A DNA stretch of 64,000 bases, taken from the human T2T-CHM13v2.0 reference genome, Homo sapiens. This document shows positions 46,858 to 58,503 of this stretch, piece by piece (position 1 is the first letter of the stretch; every line of letters begins with the position of its first letter). A model generated the notes under the pieces. It searched no databases. It saw nothing but the letters and a program-made list of their open reading frames with translations, and had not been told where the DNA came from. The position numbers were made by a program, and so were the translations under genes. The DNA is taken from NCBI RefSeq assembly GCF_009914755.1, contig NC_060934.1; one strand, 5' to 3'.

Positions 46858-47065
46858 AGCAGTTTTTAACGTATGGATCCCAGACCACCTGTACCAGAAT
46901 CATGTGCTAGGCTGCTGAAAAGCCCTCTTCACTCTGCATCACCTCACCCCCACCCCTGCACCAGACACAACATACAAGAGTCTCTTGAAGTGGGGCCCAG
47001 GAATCTGCATGTTTAACAAGCTCCTTGGATAATTCTTACTCAGAGTGAAGTTTGAAAACTGGGCT
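46858..47065. mobile_element. MER5-type hAT MITE
   Basis: gtggggcccaggaatctgcatgtttaacaagctcc...aagtttgaaaactgg. Confidence 0.72.
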
Positions 47066-50000
47066 TAAGATATAAAATGATGTGATTACTTGATAGTAAC
47101 CTCTCAATATCACAACCTTTTGCCTTCAAACTGTTGGGGACATTTTGTCAAAATGTAGTCCTTAAGAAAAATTTCATTAATATGATCATTCTAAAAATCA
47201 AATACCTTTCAAAGCATTCAGATCAGCATTATGGATACAAGTTAATTGTAGATAACTAAAGAGGAAAAACATAGGAAGAAAAAGTTTCAGTTGTTCGCAG
47301 GCTCTGCTTCCTGACTGTTTCAGAGCACATACTGAAGCAGGCAGCTTCTCTGCGTCAGTACTCCAGGTGTAGTTCTCAGGCACAAGGGGTTCCTTGTGGG
47401 TCTTCACCCTTCTTGTCAGGATGCTCTCCCTATACTGCAGTCATCACAGTGAGCCTTGCAACTTAGCGTCATGCACATGCAATGATCATGCTACAGTAAT
47501 TTCTCATCTAGGTAACTGCTAGGTTTTCCCTACTTCAGTAACTGCTCACTTTCAGTGAACAATGGTCACTTTTGTTGTTGTTTTTTCTTCGTTATATTTG
47601 TTCTGAATATATTTATTGAAATGTAGTTTTATGTCTTTTAAATCTTTTGCATGTTTTTGCACTTCATTTTTTTTGCCTCAACATACTTCAACAAGATTTT
47701 TTGCCTCAATGCATTTTTCTTATAACTCATTTTTATTAATACCTATGTAACAGATTTTAAAAATTATTTCTTCACCAAATATTGTGTAGAGCAAAGCACT
47801 GCTCCATACCATACTTCTTTAAATGAATTCAGACAAAACACAGCTCTAGTGTTTTAGTATTTTCTCACCTGCAAAAGAGTAGAGAGTTGTATTAGATCAT
47901 CCATAAGATTCTCCAGCTCTGTGATTGTCTGTGGATATGGTTATAGCTCATTTTTCCTACAACTGATTCATGTACTTTGTGAATTATGCATAACAAACTT
48001 TTATATGTACAGCCGACTTTCTGCTGCCTCTCATCATAGCTTTGAACCACTTCTCCTACTGTGAGATTGTGTGGGTTTAAAGAATAAAGAGCATTTTAAT
48101 AATAGCCCAATCAAAATGTAATTAGAAAAAGGTAATTTGGTACCAAAAATATTACCTAATACCACATCAAAGATAAATTCCAGATATTTCTTATCATCTG
48201 CTATTTTAGATTACCATTTTCCCCCTCCACTAGTACAGGTATAATTCTTTCATCTTGGCTTTTTTAATGTACCAAAGACTAAACAGACTGTTAGCTGCAA
48301 ATCTACTTCTGATACTTGTCACCCTCTCTCACTTTGTTTCATATCAGCCACAGTAAATTTTATTTTACATTTTTATTGATGACCACATCATATCTGTTAA
48401 CATGTACTGCATAAGCAGGTTTTCTTTAAAAAAAAATGTATTTAACCCAGCAGCAACTTAAAAAACAAAGTATTTTAAATTAAGACATTATATTCCTTTT
48501 TCAGAGAACATGTAGACAAAACAAGTCTAAAGGGTGATCCAATTAAATAAATTTCTGTCTCTGGGGGCTAGGACCTCTGAGTTGGTTCTCAAAGTCTGCA
48601 TGTTTCACATTCAGTACCTAACAAGATATTCCTCACTGTAAGCTTAAAGTAAGCAATGACATCACAATATGCATTACTCTGAGTTGTTTTCAAAACGTGC
48701 TGACCCTCTGAAAGTTTCCAAATGGCTTCTTTGTGTGCTGTTACAGACCATCTGGCTAGCTGTAGATAAACAAGTTTCAACATATGGGCCATAGCACATA
48801 CATGGCTCTGCTCCACTAGCGCAGAAAATTAAGAAAGGGATGCTCTCATGATATGAGTAGCTAACTCATGCAAGAGAAGCAGGACCATGTAGTGGAGGGC
48901 CTGACCTAAGTGGCACACAGAATAGCTTAATTCCAGTTTCTTCTCTTCCACTCACTGGGCATGTCGCTGGATCACAGCAAGTCTTCTTTGTTTCCTCATA
49001 TAAACATTTTTAAAAAGTGCCAGTGAACTCTTGCCTCTCTCTCCTTCCCTCCCTCCTTCTCATTAAAACATACCCATTGTTGGCCTACCATATATATGTT
49101 CCCAGCATGGTGCTAGGTAATGGGCATATTGTTGAGAAAAACAGACATGGCCCCTACCCTTGAAGATTTACTGGATGATAATGAAGGCATACATCAAATA
49201 AATGAGATCAGGAGGAATATCACAAACCAAGAGGGAAAGCATGTGTGAAGGTCCTGAGATCAGAAGGAGCATGAACAATTTTTCAAGACTCCAGTATTTA
49301 GCAACATTTATAGCCATTAAATTGAAAACTAAATTGACAATGAAAATGCTGAAAGGGAAATTCCCACTATCTCCAGATGGTAATTCAATTATTATATTAG
49401 CATAAACTATTTGAAAAAATTACCTGCATTTTCCATTCATATTTTTGACCCACTGCCTGCAATCAATGAACCTAATAAAACTATATGAAAATATGATCAT
49501 CAAATACATGCACAAGCATATCAAGTCCATGACAACATAATCAATGCTTTCAGTTATGAAACAGTTGCTAGAAAATCGAGGAACTCTGAGTGTCTCCTGT
49601 TTAATATTTACAGAATAAAACTAAAAGCTAAGGCAACAGTGATTCAGTTATCTCTTACAAGTAAGTGCTTTACTTCTCAAGCATGGTTTCCCAGTACTCA
49701 GCCTTGCCAGAAAATGACAGCTGATACCATAGAGTGAGAAGAGGAATAGTCCTTCTTGCTTGAACAGTCATTATATATAAAATGTTCATTTCAATGATTT
49801 TCCCAATTCTTAGTTAAAACAAAAGCTGTGTCTTTGGCACAAATTATGTCATATGTGAAACTGTATTAATGATTTATTTTTCTCATCCCCTTTCGATTTC
49901 TACCTTTTCCTTTTATTTGCTGCTGTATATTTAAAGTACAGTCTACACATGAAGCTCAGCCTCTATAGCCAGAATGAAGCAGAGAGGTCAATAGTCGGGC

Positions 50001-50489
50001 ATTCAAGTCAGGCAGGATAAGGAGCCAATATGAATCATGAAGGTCTTAATAAAAAATTAAACAACACATTTGAAAACCTGAATCAATCCAACTAACCATA
50101 GTGCCCTGTCTTACACTACAGGAAAGAAAAAGTCACTCCCTAAAACCTGTTACAGCACTTACTATACTATATTGTGACAAATCGAGACATGTTTGCCTTC
50201 TACCTGATGGCAAACTCTTAAAAGCAAGGACTGTGCCATACCCATCTTTGTCCCCTTGATGCCAGCAATGCTAATGTGCCAGGAGCCCAAACAATGCTCA
50301 TTAATCAGATCAAGTAATGAACAGTCATTGTTTTATAAAAATAAAGTCACTAAGTGAATGAATCCACAGTGAAATGGAATTGAAACCAGAGCTGTCTTAG
50401 CTACCTGTTAGGATTTTAGCAAACACGTAAAATGTCTGCCCTTCAGCCATTCTACAGACAGCAACATGTATGACATAAGACCTTTAATT

Positions 50490-52150
50490 AAAAATTGTTA
50501 CTTACGTTGCTTTATTTCAGCTACAAATAAACTTTATTTGATGTAATGTAATAAAACATTTTCAAGTTTAACAATATGTATCTGACCATAAATAATCATT
50601 TAAATTATGAATATAATATATACGGTCACTTCAGCAAATTTGCGGTTCAGGAATTTGTACAAGCTTTGTCTGAAAGGACAGTGCCCTCCTCCCCTTTCAG
50701 GAAAGGTAGCTTTTCCCCATGTCTGGTAAGAAGCAATGTCAATGGGAGTTAGAAGAAGTCCATAATCCATGTCAGAATTCCACTTTATCCTGTGAGAGGA
50801 CAGCTTGCTTTATTGTAGGAAAATAATATTCTCTTTCAGTTCACTCTTATCAAATAAAGAATTGCATTCATTTTTCCCCTTGTAGGTACAGGTACTCTTC
50901 TATTCTCATCTACTGTCTTTCTGTCTCCTTAGCTCTTAATTACTACATAGTGCCATTTAAAAAATATATATCTGCAAAGAGACCTTTTCTGTTTCCTCAC
51001 CTGCCTTTCATGTCTACCATTTTTTGGTGGGTAGGGGTGGGAATCAGAGGACAGAATTGCTTAGGCACACATTTGATTTAAGATACATAGAACACAAAAA
51101 CAAATTCTCTAGAAGGAACAGACTGGTGTTCTGAAGCATTTCCCAAGAGTGGTCCAGGTGACCTCGCTTCACACAATTTGGTTTAACACAATGCAGCTCA
51201 ACAAGAATGAACATGTTTATGCCCCATCTCCAGAAGCATCACATTTCATGGAAAACCCATCATTCCCACACTTCTTCCACATAACATACAGTTATGGGCC
51301 AGCCCATGGGTGGGCCCACTGCAGCCTTGTAGAAAATGAGAGTCAAAAACATGCCAATAATCATGTTAATTACAACGCAGTTGGGTACCACTTGAGCTTC
51401 ACTGCGATAAAAATCCTCACAGAAGGCATCCCACTCCCCTCTCAAGACCCTTCAGAGCACGAGAAAAAGCTTTGCTCATGTTGTATGCTTCTCTCCATCC
51501 TGAGACCTGTTCCTGAGTTATACCATAATAAGTGAGTTAACACAGAAAAGTACATAGGTGGGGAAATCACAGAGACCCTGCAGAAAAGCCAAACTATTTG
51601 ACAGAAGCTTGAAACAAACACTGCTCTGGGAAATCATTTGTATTAGCTGATGACTGGATTCTGTTTTCTAACATGGACATGCAACATATTCAACACTACG
51701 CTCACCGCAGTTTGCTTGGAAAAGCCTTCTGTCATACAACAAAATACATTCTGTCTCATGAATGATTCCTGCATATTCACCACAACGCCTAGACTCAGAA
51801 GCATGGGAAGTGTGCACTGGAACTTTCTCCCACTTGCATGGATTTGGACATATGCAAAGCACCAGAAACTGCTTCCTTTCTGGAACTCAGTTCTGTTGGT
51901 GTGCTTACTGCTGAGATGATCTGCTATCTTAAACTGAGAACACACAATAGCACTGATCCACAGAAAAAAGGAGAAGTCACCATCTCCCTCATAAGATAGT
52001 GTGTACAACAGATCACCCTGTTTGTCATGTTTTAGACATCCCAAGAAAGGACAGAAGCTGCATTCCATTCTGCAGACTCAGCAAATGACTTCCTTCTGTT
52101 TCCACCTCTATTTTGCCTTGTTTATTTCATCTCCATTGTTCTGCTTTCAA
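50490..52150 (-). other. HTR7: HTR7 3' UTR (~1.65 kb, 3' end approximate)
   Basis: Repeat-free sequence after the stop, ending in tandem AATAAA signals followed by U/GU-rich sequence. Confidence 0.75.
50511..50538 (-). terminator. Tandem polyadenylation signals AATAAA (50538-50533 and 50516-50511)
   Basis: TTTATT twice on the plus strand; the downstream minus-strand sequence is U/GU-rich (aatttttaatt...ttatgtc...tgttgctgtctgt). Confidence 0.75.
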
Positions 52151-52193
52151 TCATGAATCATGACCTTTTTTTCTACAGTAGTCAGCATTTTGT
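52147..52193 (-). CDS. HTR7: Terminal exon coding portion: isoform (a) QNADYCRKKGHDS* (stop 52153-52151); isoform (d) frame DKMLTTVEKKVMIHD* (stop 52149-52147)
   Basis: Polypyrimidine tract tttttctctctcttttttttag|ACAAAATGCTGAC; both translations match the known 5-HT7 C-termini. Confidence 0.95.
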
Positions 52194-53257
52194 CTAAAAA
52201 AAAGAGAGAGAAAAATAGAAAATAATTTAGTAGAACTGTAAATGTGAGTTTTCATTTTGTGGTAGGTGGACTTAATTTTTACAGCAGTCAGTAATTTGAA
52301 TCATTTGTGGCTTTTAAGGGATTATGAGTATCCTTCAAGGGAAAGAAAAAGTGTTGTGACTCTTTTCATAAATTTCATAACTTCCACAAGTTGCCAAGGC
52401 TTTAATATATTTGCAAATCAGCCCCAAATAACCCATTTAGAAATTCACCTTTTTAATACAGCTATAGCAAAAAATGACTTTGCTCTCAAAAATCCTTGCA
52501 AAATACTATTGCACCTGCCCCACTTGAAAAGAATAATGACTAAATAATGATTACCAATGAGACGTGCTCTCTCCCTCAAACCTAGGAAGGTGTGTTATTG
52601 TAAGGTATGTGTGTAGGGACCAAGAAACTTCACTTCTCTCCCTCGTTCCTAGATGCTCAGAAGTGGCATTAGTGATAGAGAAGTGTCAGCCAAGGGCTGA
52701 GAAAAAGTCCCTTTCTCCTGGTGTAAAGCCACTCCCCTGACTCTGCACCTCCACAGGCCTCAACTTACCACACTACATCATGTGCCTAAGAGCTAGGTCT
52801 ATGAGGACCCAGAGACTGGGACTGTGCCCCTAATCTCCACCTACCCACCCCATCTAAAGCACCCCCTACCCTGCCATTTGGCTGTCTTGCCTGCAGTCCT
52901 GCTCTTCCTTCTTTGAGGTCCCCCTCTCAGCCCAGCCCTTCAGATGGGTGATCAATAGATGGATTTTGCTGGAGACATGGTTTCTAGCTTTTCCCCTCAG
53001 CCTCACACAATAACACCTGAGGACAAGTACTGCACTTCAGCCCAGACTCAGCACTCTAGGCTCCACGTATCTGAAGAGGGGACTGGCAACCATCTGTGCT
53101 CCACAGACACATTCCTAGCCCAGGGCCACTGTCTCTTCCCAGCACAGGAGAGACAGTGCTTTCTCCAGCTCAGCACGGCTCTGCTCACATAGTTCATGTT
53201 CTGAATTCCTCCAGACCACAGCACTATCTCCAAAGTCTCCCTTTCCTTGCTACCCAC

Positions 53258-53355
53258 CTGCTAACCAATTGTGATGGTCTGGAGATTGTAGCACCCACAC
53301 AGATACCGGTGGCCTCTTTTCTGGTCTCAACAGCACCCTCCTTGTGCAGGCCCTC
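53258..53355 (-). CDS. HTR7: Cassette exon D (98 nt) of 5-HT7(d)
   Basis: aaattgcag|GAGGGCC...TTAGCAG|gtgggt. Encodes (L)RACTRRVLLRPEKRPPVSVWVLQSPDHHNWLA(D), the known 5-HT7(d) tail. Confidence 0.93.
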
Positions 53356-53515
53356 CTGCAATTTATGGCAATTCAAAGCAAATCCATAAGTAAATCAAAT
53401 TTTAAAAGAAAAAAAGAATCCTTGATTATATTTCATTATCATATTTGGTTTTATATTACCAATCTGTGAATACTTGTGAAAAGGATTAAAATTGATAGCA
53501 GTAAATTAAAATTAC

Positions 53516-53613
53516 CAGTGCAAAAGTATTCACAGCTTTTCCTCCATCTATTCACTTCATTACCCCAGGGAAAATTTTCGAGTGCCTGATGAACTCCTGA
53601 GGTTCTGGTTATG
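53516..53613 (-). other. HTR7: Exon C-like 98-nt cassette (pseudo-exon C, homologous to rat 5-HT7(c) exon)
   Basis: ttttcttgatcag|CATAACC...GCACTG|gtaatt. Translates in phase with exon 2 as (L)ITRTSGVHQALENFPWGNEVNRWRKSCEYFCT, resembling the rat 5-HT7(c) tail as recalled. Confidence 0.75.
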
Positions 53614-54143
53614 CTGATCAAGAAAATGGGGAGAAATGGGTAAATATTTGGGAGTAGGAACAGTCTTACAGGTTTGTACAGGAAAGAAAGAAACTATTAT
53701 GTAGGAGAATACGTAGAGCCAAGAAGGCAGAGCAAGGCGAAAAGGTAAGAGAGACTAGAAGCCCAGAAGCTAGATGGGAGGAAAAGAGCTGGAGAAAGCC
53801 CTGAGTCTGGAGGAGTCCAGAATCTGCACGGTGGCCACAAGATGAGTGAGAGCTAGAGAGAGGCAGGGGGAGCAAAGGGTTCTGATTACAAGTCTCCTAC
53901 TAGCCACCACCACCTCTGCAGCCACCCCAGCACACTAGATTAAAAGCTTCCAGAGACTTCAACTGTCCCTTACTCATCTTTCTACCCTACCATGCCTGGT
54001 TCCATGCTTTGTACATAGCAGACCCTCAAATGTTTCTGGGAAAAACAAGCCAATGAAGAGACTCCTTACATCCATTTTCTACATTTGGAGTTATCCACAC
54101 AGTGCTACTGCATCAGTCTTGACCATTTTGATGACTCCATTCC

Positions 54144-54185
54144 CCTACTTGCAGATTCACTGATCCTACTTGCAGATTCACTGAT
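54144..54185. repeat. Perfect 21-bp tandem duplication CCTACTTGCAGATTCACTGAT x2
   Basis: Direct read (54144-54164, 54165-54185). Confidence 0.95.
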
Positions 54186-54197
54186 GGCTTACTACTA

Positions 54198-54429
54198 CAG
54201 AGTGTCCCACATTTAGCATTAAGGATTAGGTACTTCTTTGTTGGGGGGTGGGCGGGGGGTTGCTGGCCTGTATACTGTAAAATCCTTAAGAGCAGCCCTG
54301 GCCTCTACCCAGTAGATGCCAGTAGTGTGCCACCCAGACTTGTGACAACCAAAAATCCCTCCAGAAATGGCCAAATGGCTACAGAGAGTTGGGATGGGAG
54401 GCAAAATTACTCCTGATTAAGAACCATTT
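54198..54429. mobile_element. MER20 hAT-Charlie MITE
   Basis: ccctggcctctacccagtagatgccagtag...gtgacaaccaaaaat...gcaaaattactcc...aagaacca. Confidence 0.85.
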
Positions 54430-54802
54430 GTCAATATTAAAAGTCCAAATTCTTGGAGCTAGCATAGAAGAGCCTTTATAATTTCATCTCAATCTACTTT
54501 TCTGCTTTGATCTCTAACAGTTCCTGCACCCAAATGCTTAGCTTCAGCCAGATGGTCCTTTGTATAAGCTCCCACATTGGTGCCTTTACAAAAAAAGTCC
54601 TCTTCACCTAGAATACCATTTCTGCTCTCCTTTCACTATAAATGCTTTGACCAACTTCATAGACATGCTTGAGTTCATATCCTTCAGGAAGTCTTCTCTG
54701 ATTAGGGTTAGTGTAAGCTCTGAGTTATTTTCCTTTCCTTTGAATCCCATAGTTTTTCCTGTCTCCACCTTTCCTTATTACAGAAAGGTTGCCATGTGCA
54801 TA

Positions 54803-55167
54803 TGTCTTAGCCTAGCCAGGCTGCTATAACAAAATCCCATAAATTGGTAGCTTATAAACAACAGAAATTTATTTCTTATAGTTTGAGAGGCTGAGAAATC
54901 CAAGATTAAGCCACCAATAGATTCCATGTCTGGTGAGGGCTCGCTGTCTGCTTCATAGATGGTAACTTCTAGCTGCTTCCTTACATGGTAGAAGGTATGA
55001 ACAAGCTCCCTCAGGCCTCTTTTATAAGGGCAATAATCCCATTCATGAGGGCCCTGCCCCCATGACCTAATTACCTCCTAAAGAATCCACATTTTCATAG
55101 TATTGCATTGGGAATTTGGTTTCAAAATATGAATTTTGCAGGAGACACAAACATTCAGGCCATAGCA
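54803..55167 (-). mobile_element. MaLR solo LTR (MST/MLT1A-like)
   Basis: tgtcttag...gctgctataacaaaat...acattcaggccatagca; TSD (G/A)CATA. Confidence 0.85.
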
Positions 55168-55377
55168 ACATATGTCTGTTTGTGTAAGGTATATCCAACA
55201 AAATTATGTGCATAAGGACATGAAAGATATCATCTGTTTTCTGTATCTTCCTCAATGCATGGCAGCCATATTAGAAATTTCCTAAAGTTGATGGATATTT
55301 TTAGGCTAATCGTCCTTAATGAAGTAGATATTCTGTAATTATAAATTCAAACTGAGAGAAATGCAAAGAAGATACAG

Positions 55378-55580
55378 CAGACTATGGCCTGTTGGCCAAA
55401 TACAACTGGCAGCCCCTTTTTGTAAATAAAGTTTTATTGGTACACGGGCCTATCTGTTTACTTATGTCAGTGACAAATTACTCATCAGTGAGATGAGTAG
55501 TTTCAATAGAGACCATATGGCTAGCAAAGCTTAAAATATTTACCACTTGGCCCTTCACAGTTAAAGTTTGCTGACCTCTG
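55378..55580. mobile_element. MER58A-like hAT MITE
   Basis: tttgtaaataaagttttattgg...gagaccatatgg...aaagtttgctgacctctg. Confidence 0.82.
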
Positions 55581-55679
55581 TCTTAAGCTTACAGGAAAAC
55601 AACACCCAAGCCTCCAGACTAGCTAAAGATACAAAGGCAAATATCTTTAGACTTTATGTTAGCTGATTTATTTTTATAA

Positions 55680-55930
55680 AAGGCACAGTAGCATAGAAGT
55701 TAAAAGCACTTTTGAACACAGATGTCCTGGGCTCAAATCCAGCTCTATCACTCTCTATATGACTGTGGGGGAAATCATTTGACTTCTCCACGCCCTTGTT
55801 TTGTTATTTTCAGAATGGAAATGAAGAAAACTAACCTATCATAAACTTTTGAGGATTAATTGATCAAATTCACATAAAGTGCTCAGCAAAGTGTCTGAGA
55901 GTGAATCCTCAGCAAACGCATGTTATTATT
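55680..55930 (+). mobile_element. MIR
   Basis: cctgggctcaaatccagctct...taaagtgctcagcaaagtgtctg. Confidence 0.68.
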
Positions 55931-57804
55931 TTAAACTGGAAAACCTTTTTGTGCTACATTTTAAAGATTACCATTTTATGATCTATCTGAATTATCTATG
56001 AATCATTAACTAAAATAATCAATAAAATGATTCTCAAGTTTTTTGACCCTATGGATGCATGCAAATATAGCAGTGTTTCCTTGCTCATGACTTTATCTGT
56101 TCTTTCCTACTTTATACACTGGCTGCTTAACTGGATCCCCTGCCACCCATCTTTCCCTTGTCTGCCCTCCTCACTATTGCCAGAGAGACCTTCCCATGTT
56201 ACTCCTGAGAACTAAAACCAACACGCTTTCCTTTTCCTGTGCTAAAAAATGCTGCAGCCAGGCAAAATAACCTAGCTATTTGTTCTAGGAAATAGTCACT
56301 TTCAGAAGACTATATGCCAACAAAAATAGCCTACTTATCAAGACTAGTTTGCTCATTAACACTCACTTCACAGCCCTCATCTAGCTGTACTTACCAGTCT
56401 AAAGCTATTATGTCATAAACTCTGCCTAATCCTCACCAGTTCCCTACCTTCAAATCACCCAGCCCAAGCCCCAAAACCCTATCAATATCCTTGCCTTATT
56501 TCCTTCATCTGAGAAACTACTAAGACTGTCTAGGAGTGGATACCACTCGTAGTGCAGTAAGTCTAATAAACTTTACTTACTTAGAGTAACAATTCATTCT
56601 CATTGTCTTCTTAGAGAGCTTATGGCTAGTCTCCAGCTCAAAAATATTCTGAGACTCTTCACTGCCTATATACTGAAGTCACTTGACAAGTATAACTGCA
56701 TAACATTCAATACAAGCATCGGGGTGATTCATATCACAGCTACCACTTAGGGACTGTGTGAACATAGGTCAGTTACTTTTGTTCCTGAGCCTTAAGTTGT
56801 TCTTCTGAAAAGTGGGGATGCTAGAAGCACCTATTTTGCAGGTAGCATGCTGCATAGCATGTAGCGGGTGTTCAATAATGGTTAGCAGTTATTACTTTTA
56901 TTTATCATCTATTATGTGTCAAGCACTGTACTAGATTCTGCAGAAAGAAATCTGATTAAGACATTGTTCCTTCTCTGAAGGAATTCAAAATCCTAATGGT
57001 CAGTTCAACGAACTCTTATAGGCATAGTAAGATCTCTGGGTTTGCTTACAGTACATGTTCTAGAACTTAAAATTACATTTTTTAATGCTACTTTTTATAT
57101 TGTGAACAATCTCGTGTACAAAAGAGTATATAGAAGTAAACATGAATGCCTGTGAAGCTACACTCAGCTTAAGAATTAGCATAGCTGTAGTCTTCCAACT
57201 TTCAGTTGTAAGATAAAGGCAGTCCAGTATAAGAAAAATGAGTAGCACTGGGATTCAGATGATGTGGAATCTAGACTTAGTTGTGACACTAGCTAAGTGT
57301 GAGACATCTCACTTTTCAACTCCCAGTTAGCTCTTCTGTTGAAAGACAGGGGTGGACAAGATGACCAGGAAGGTCCCTCTCTGCTAGAGTGGTCCCTGGT
57401 TCTCTAGTCTACTCCTCCCTGCCAGGCTCAGTGAAGAACGACACCTCCAACACTAATCTGCTCATTCTCTCACCAGAACCTTCCAATTTTTCATTCCAAG
57501 TTTATTTTTCCCCTGACTTTCAAACGTGAAGAAATCTCCTCTACCTCACATTTAAAACAAAGTCTTCATCAGACATGTTGACACCTCTAACTAGTATACT
57601 ATCTCTTTCCTTCTTTACAATGCCAAATTTTTAACATGTGGGTCACTTCTGAAATTTCCATTTCTCTATCACCATCAGATCCTTTTTCAGATCCCAAGAA
57701 CCTATTGTAATTGCTTCCTTGAAAGTCACTAAGACTTCTTAGACCAATTCTTGGTTCTCACCTGCCAAGATGGGCAGGAACATTTCCTAAAAGCTCCTGT
57801 GGCT

Positions 57805-57964
57805 CTTTTTCTTTTATTTTTTAGAGGCGAGTCTTGCTCTGTCAACCAGGTTGGAGTGGCATGATCATAGCTCACTGCATAATCCAACCCCTGGGCTCAA
57901 GCTATCCTCCTGCCTCAGCCTCCCAAGTGGCTAGGATTACAGAGGCGCTCCACCATGTCCGGCT
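57805..57964 (-). mobile_element. Alu monomer (FAM/FRAM-like)
   Basis: T-rich tail, gtcttgctctgtc...cctgggctcaagctatcctcctgcctcagcc...ccaccatgtccggct. Confidence 0.82.
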
Positions 57965-58498
57965 CTTGTAGCTTTTAAGACCTTGCCTCATCCTGGCATC
58001 TCCCCACACTAACAACTCTTCTTTTTCCTGGGCTGCCTCCTTTCAGCCCAGGTGAATGTAACTGCATACTAAAAAGATCATTGTGCCTCCTACCTCAAAA
58101 GAAGAATTTATCTGTGAAGGATGAGGTTATCAAAAAAGCTTTACTGGACAGAAGAATAATAACAACTAAAATAATAATGTTACACAAATTCAGATGTAAG
58201 GATATCATTTGGATGTCATTTATGGAGAAAGAAGGGAAAATATCACCTGCCTTGTTGTCAATCACATCAATTGCAATTCATCAGCAAATTAGTCTCATCT
58301 ACCAATCCAACTAAGTACCTATTTTTGGCTTTTGGAATTTTACTGGGTGGAAGACTGGAGTCTATACTGTTGTCAATTCAAATCTGGTATGTTTAGTAAA
58401 AACTAAGCTAGCTACTCGTTCAGGAAGCTTTCTGTGATGTGCCTCAAAAAGCTGCATAAAAGGGTTTGGGGGATAAAAGGAAAATAGTGATAAATGAC

Positions 58499-58503
58499 CT
58501 TAC
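58499..58503 (-). other. HTR7: 5-nt exon 2 extension GTAAG from a second tandem donor; creates CTG TAA stop (5-HT7(b) isoform)
   Basis: Minus strand reads GTG CT|GTAAG|GTCATT. TAA lies at 58502-58500; the second GT at 58498-58497. Confidence 0.9.

Noticed and set aside
51149-52068. 128-aa and 141-aa ORFs in the 3' UTR region
   Set aside because: No recognisable protein features; lengths compatible with chance; they lie in the UTR or antisense to it.
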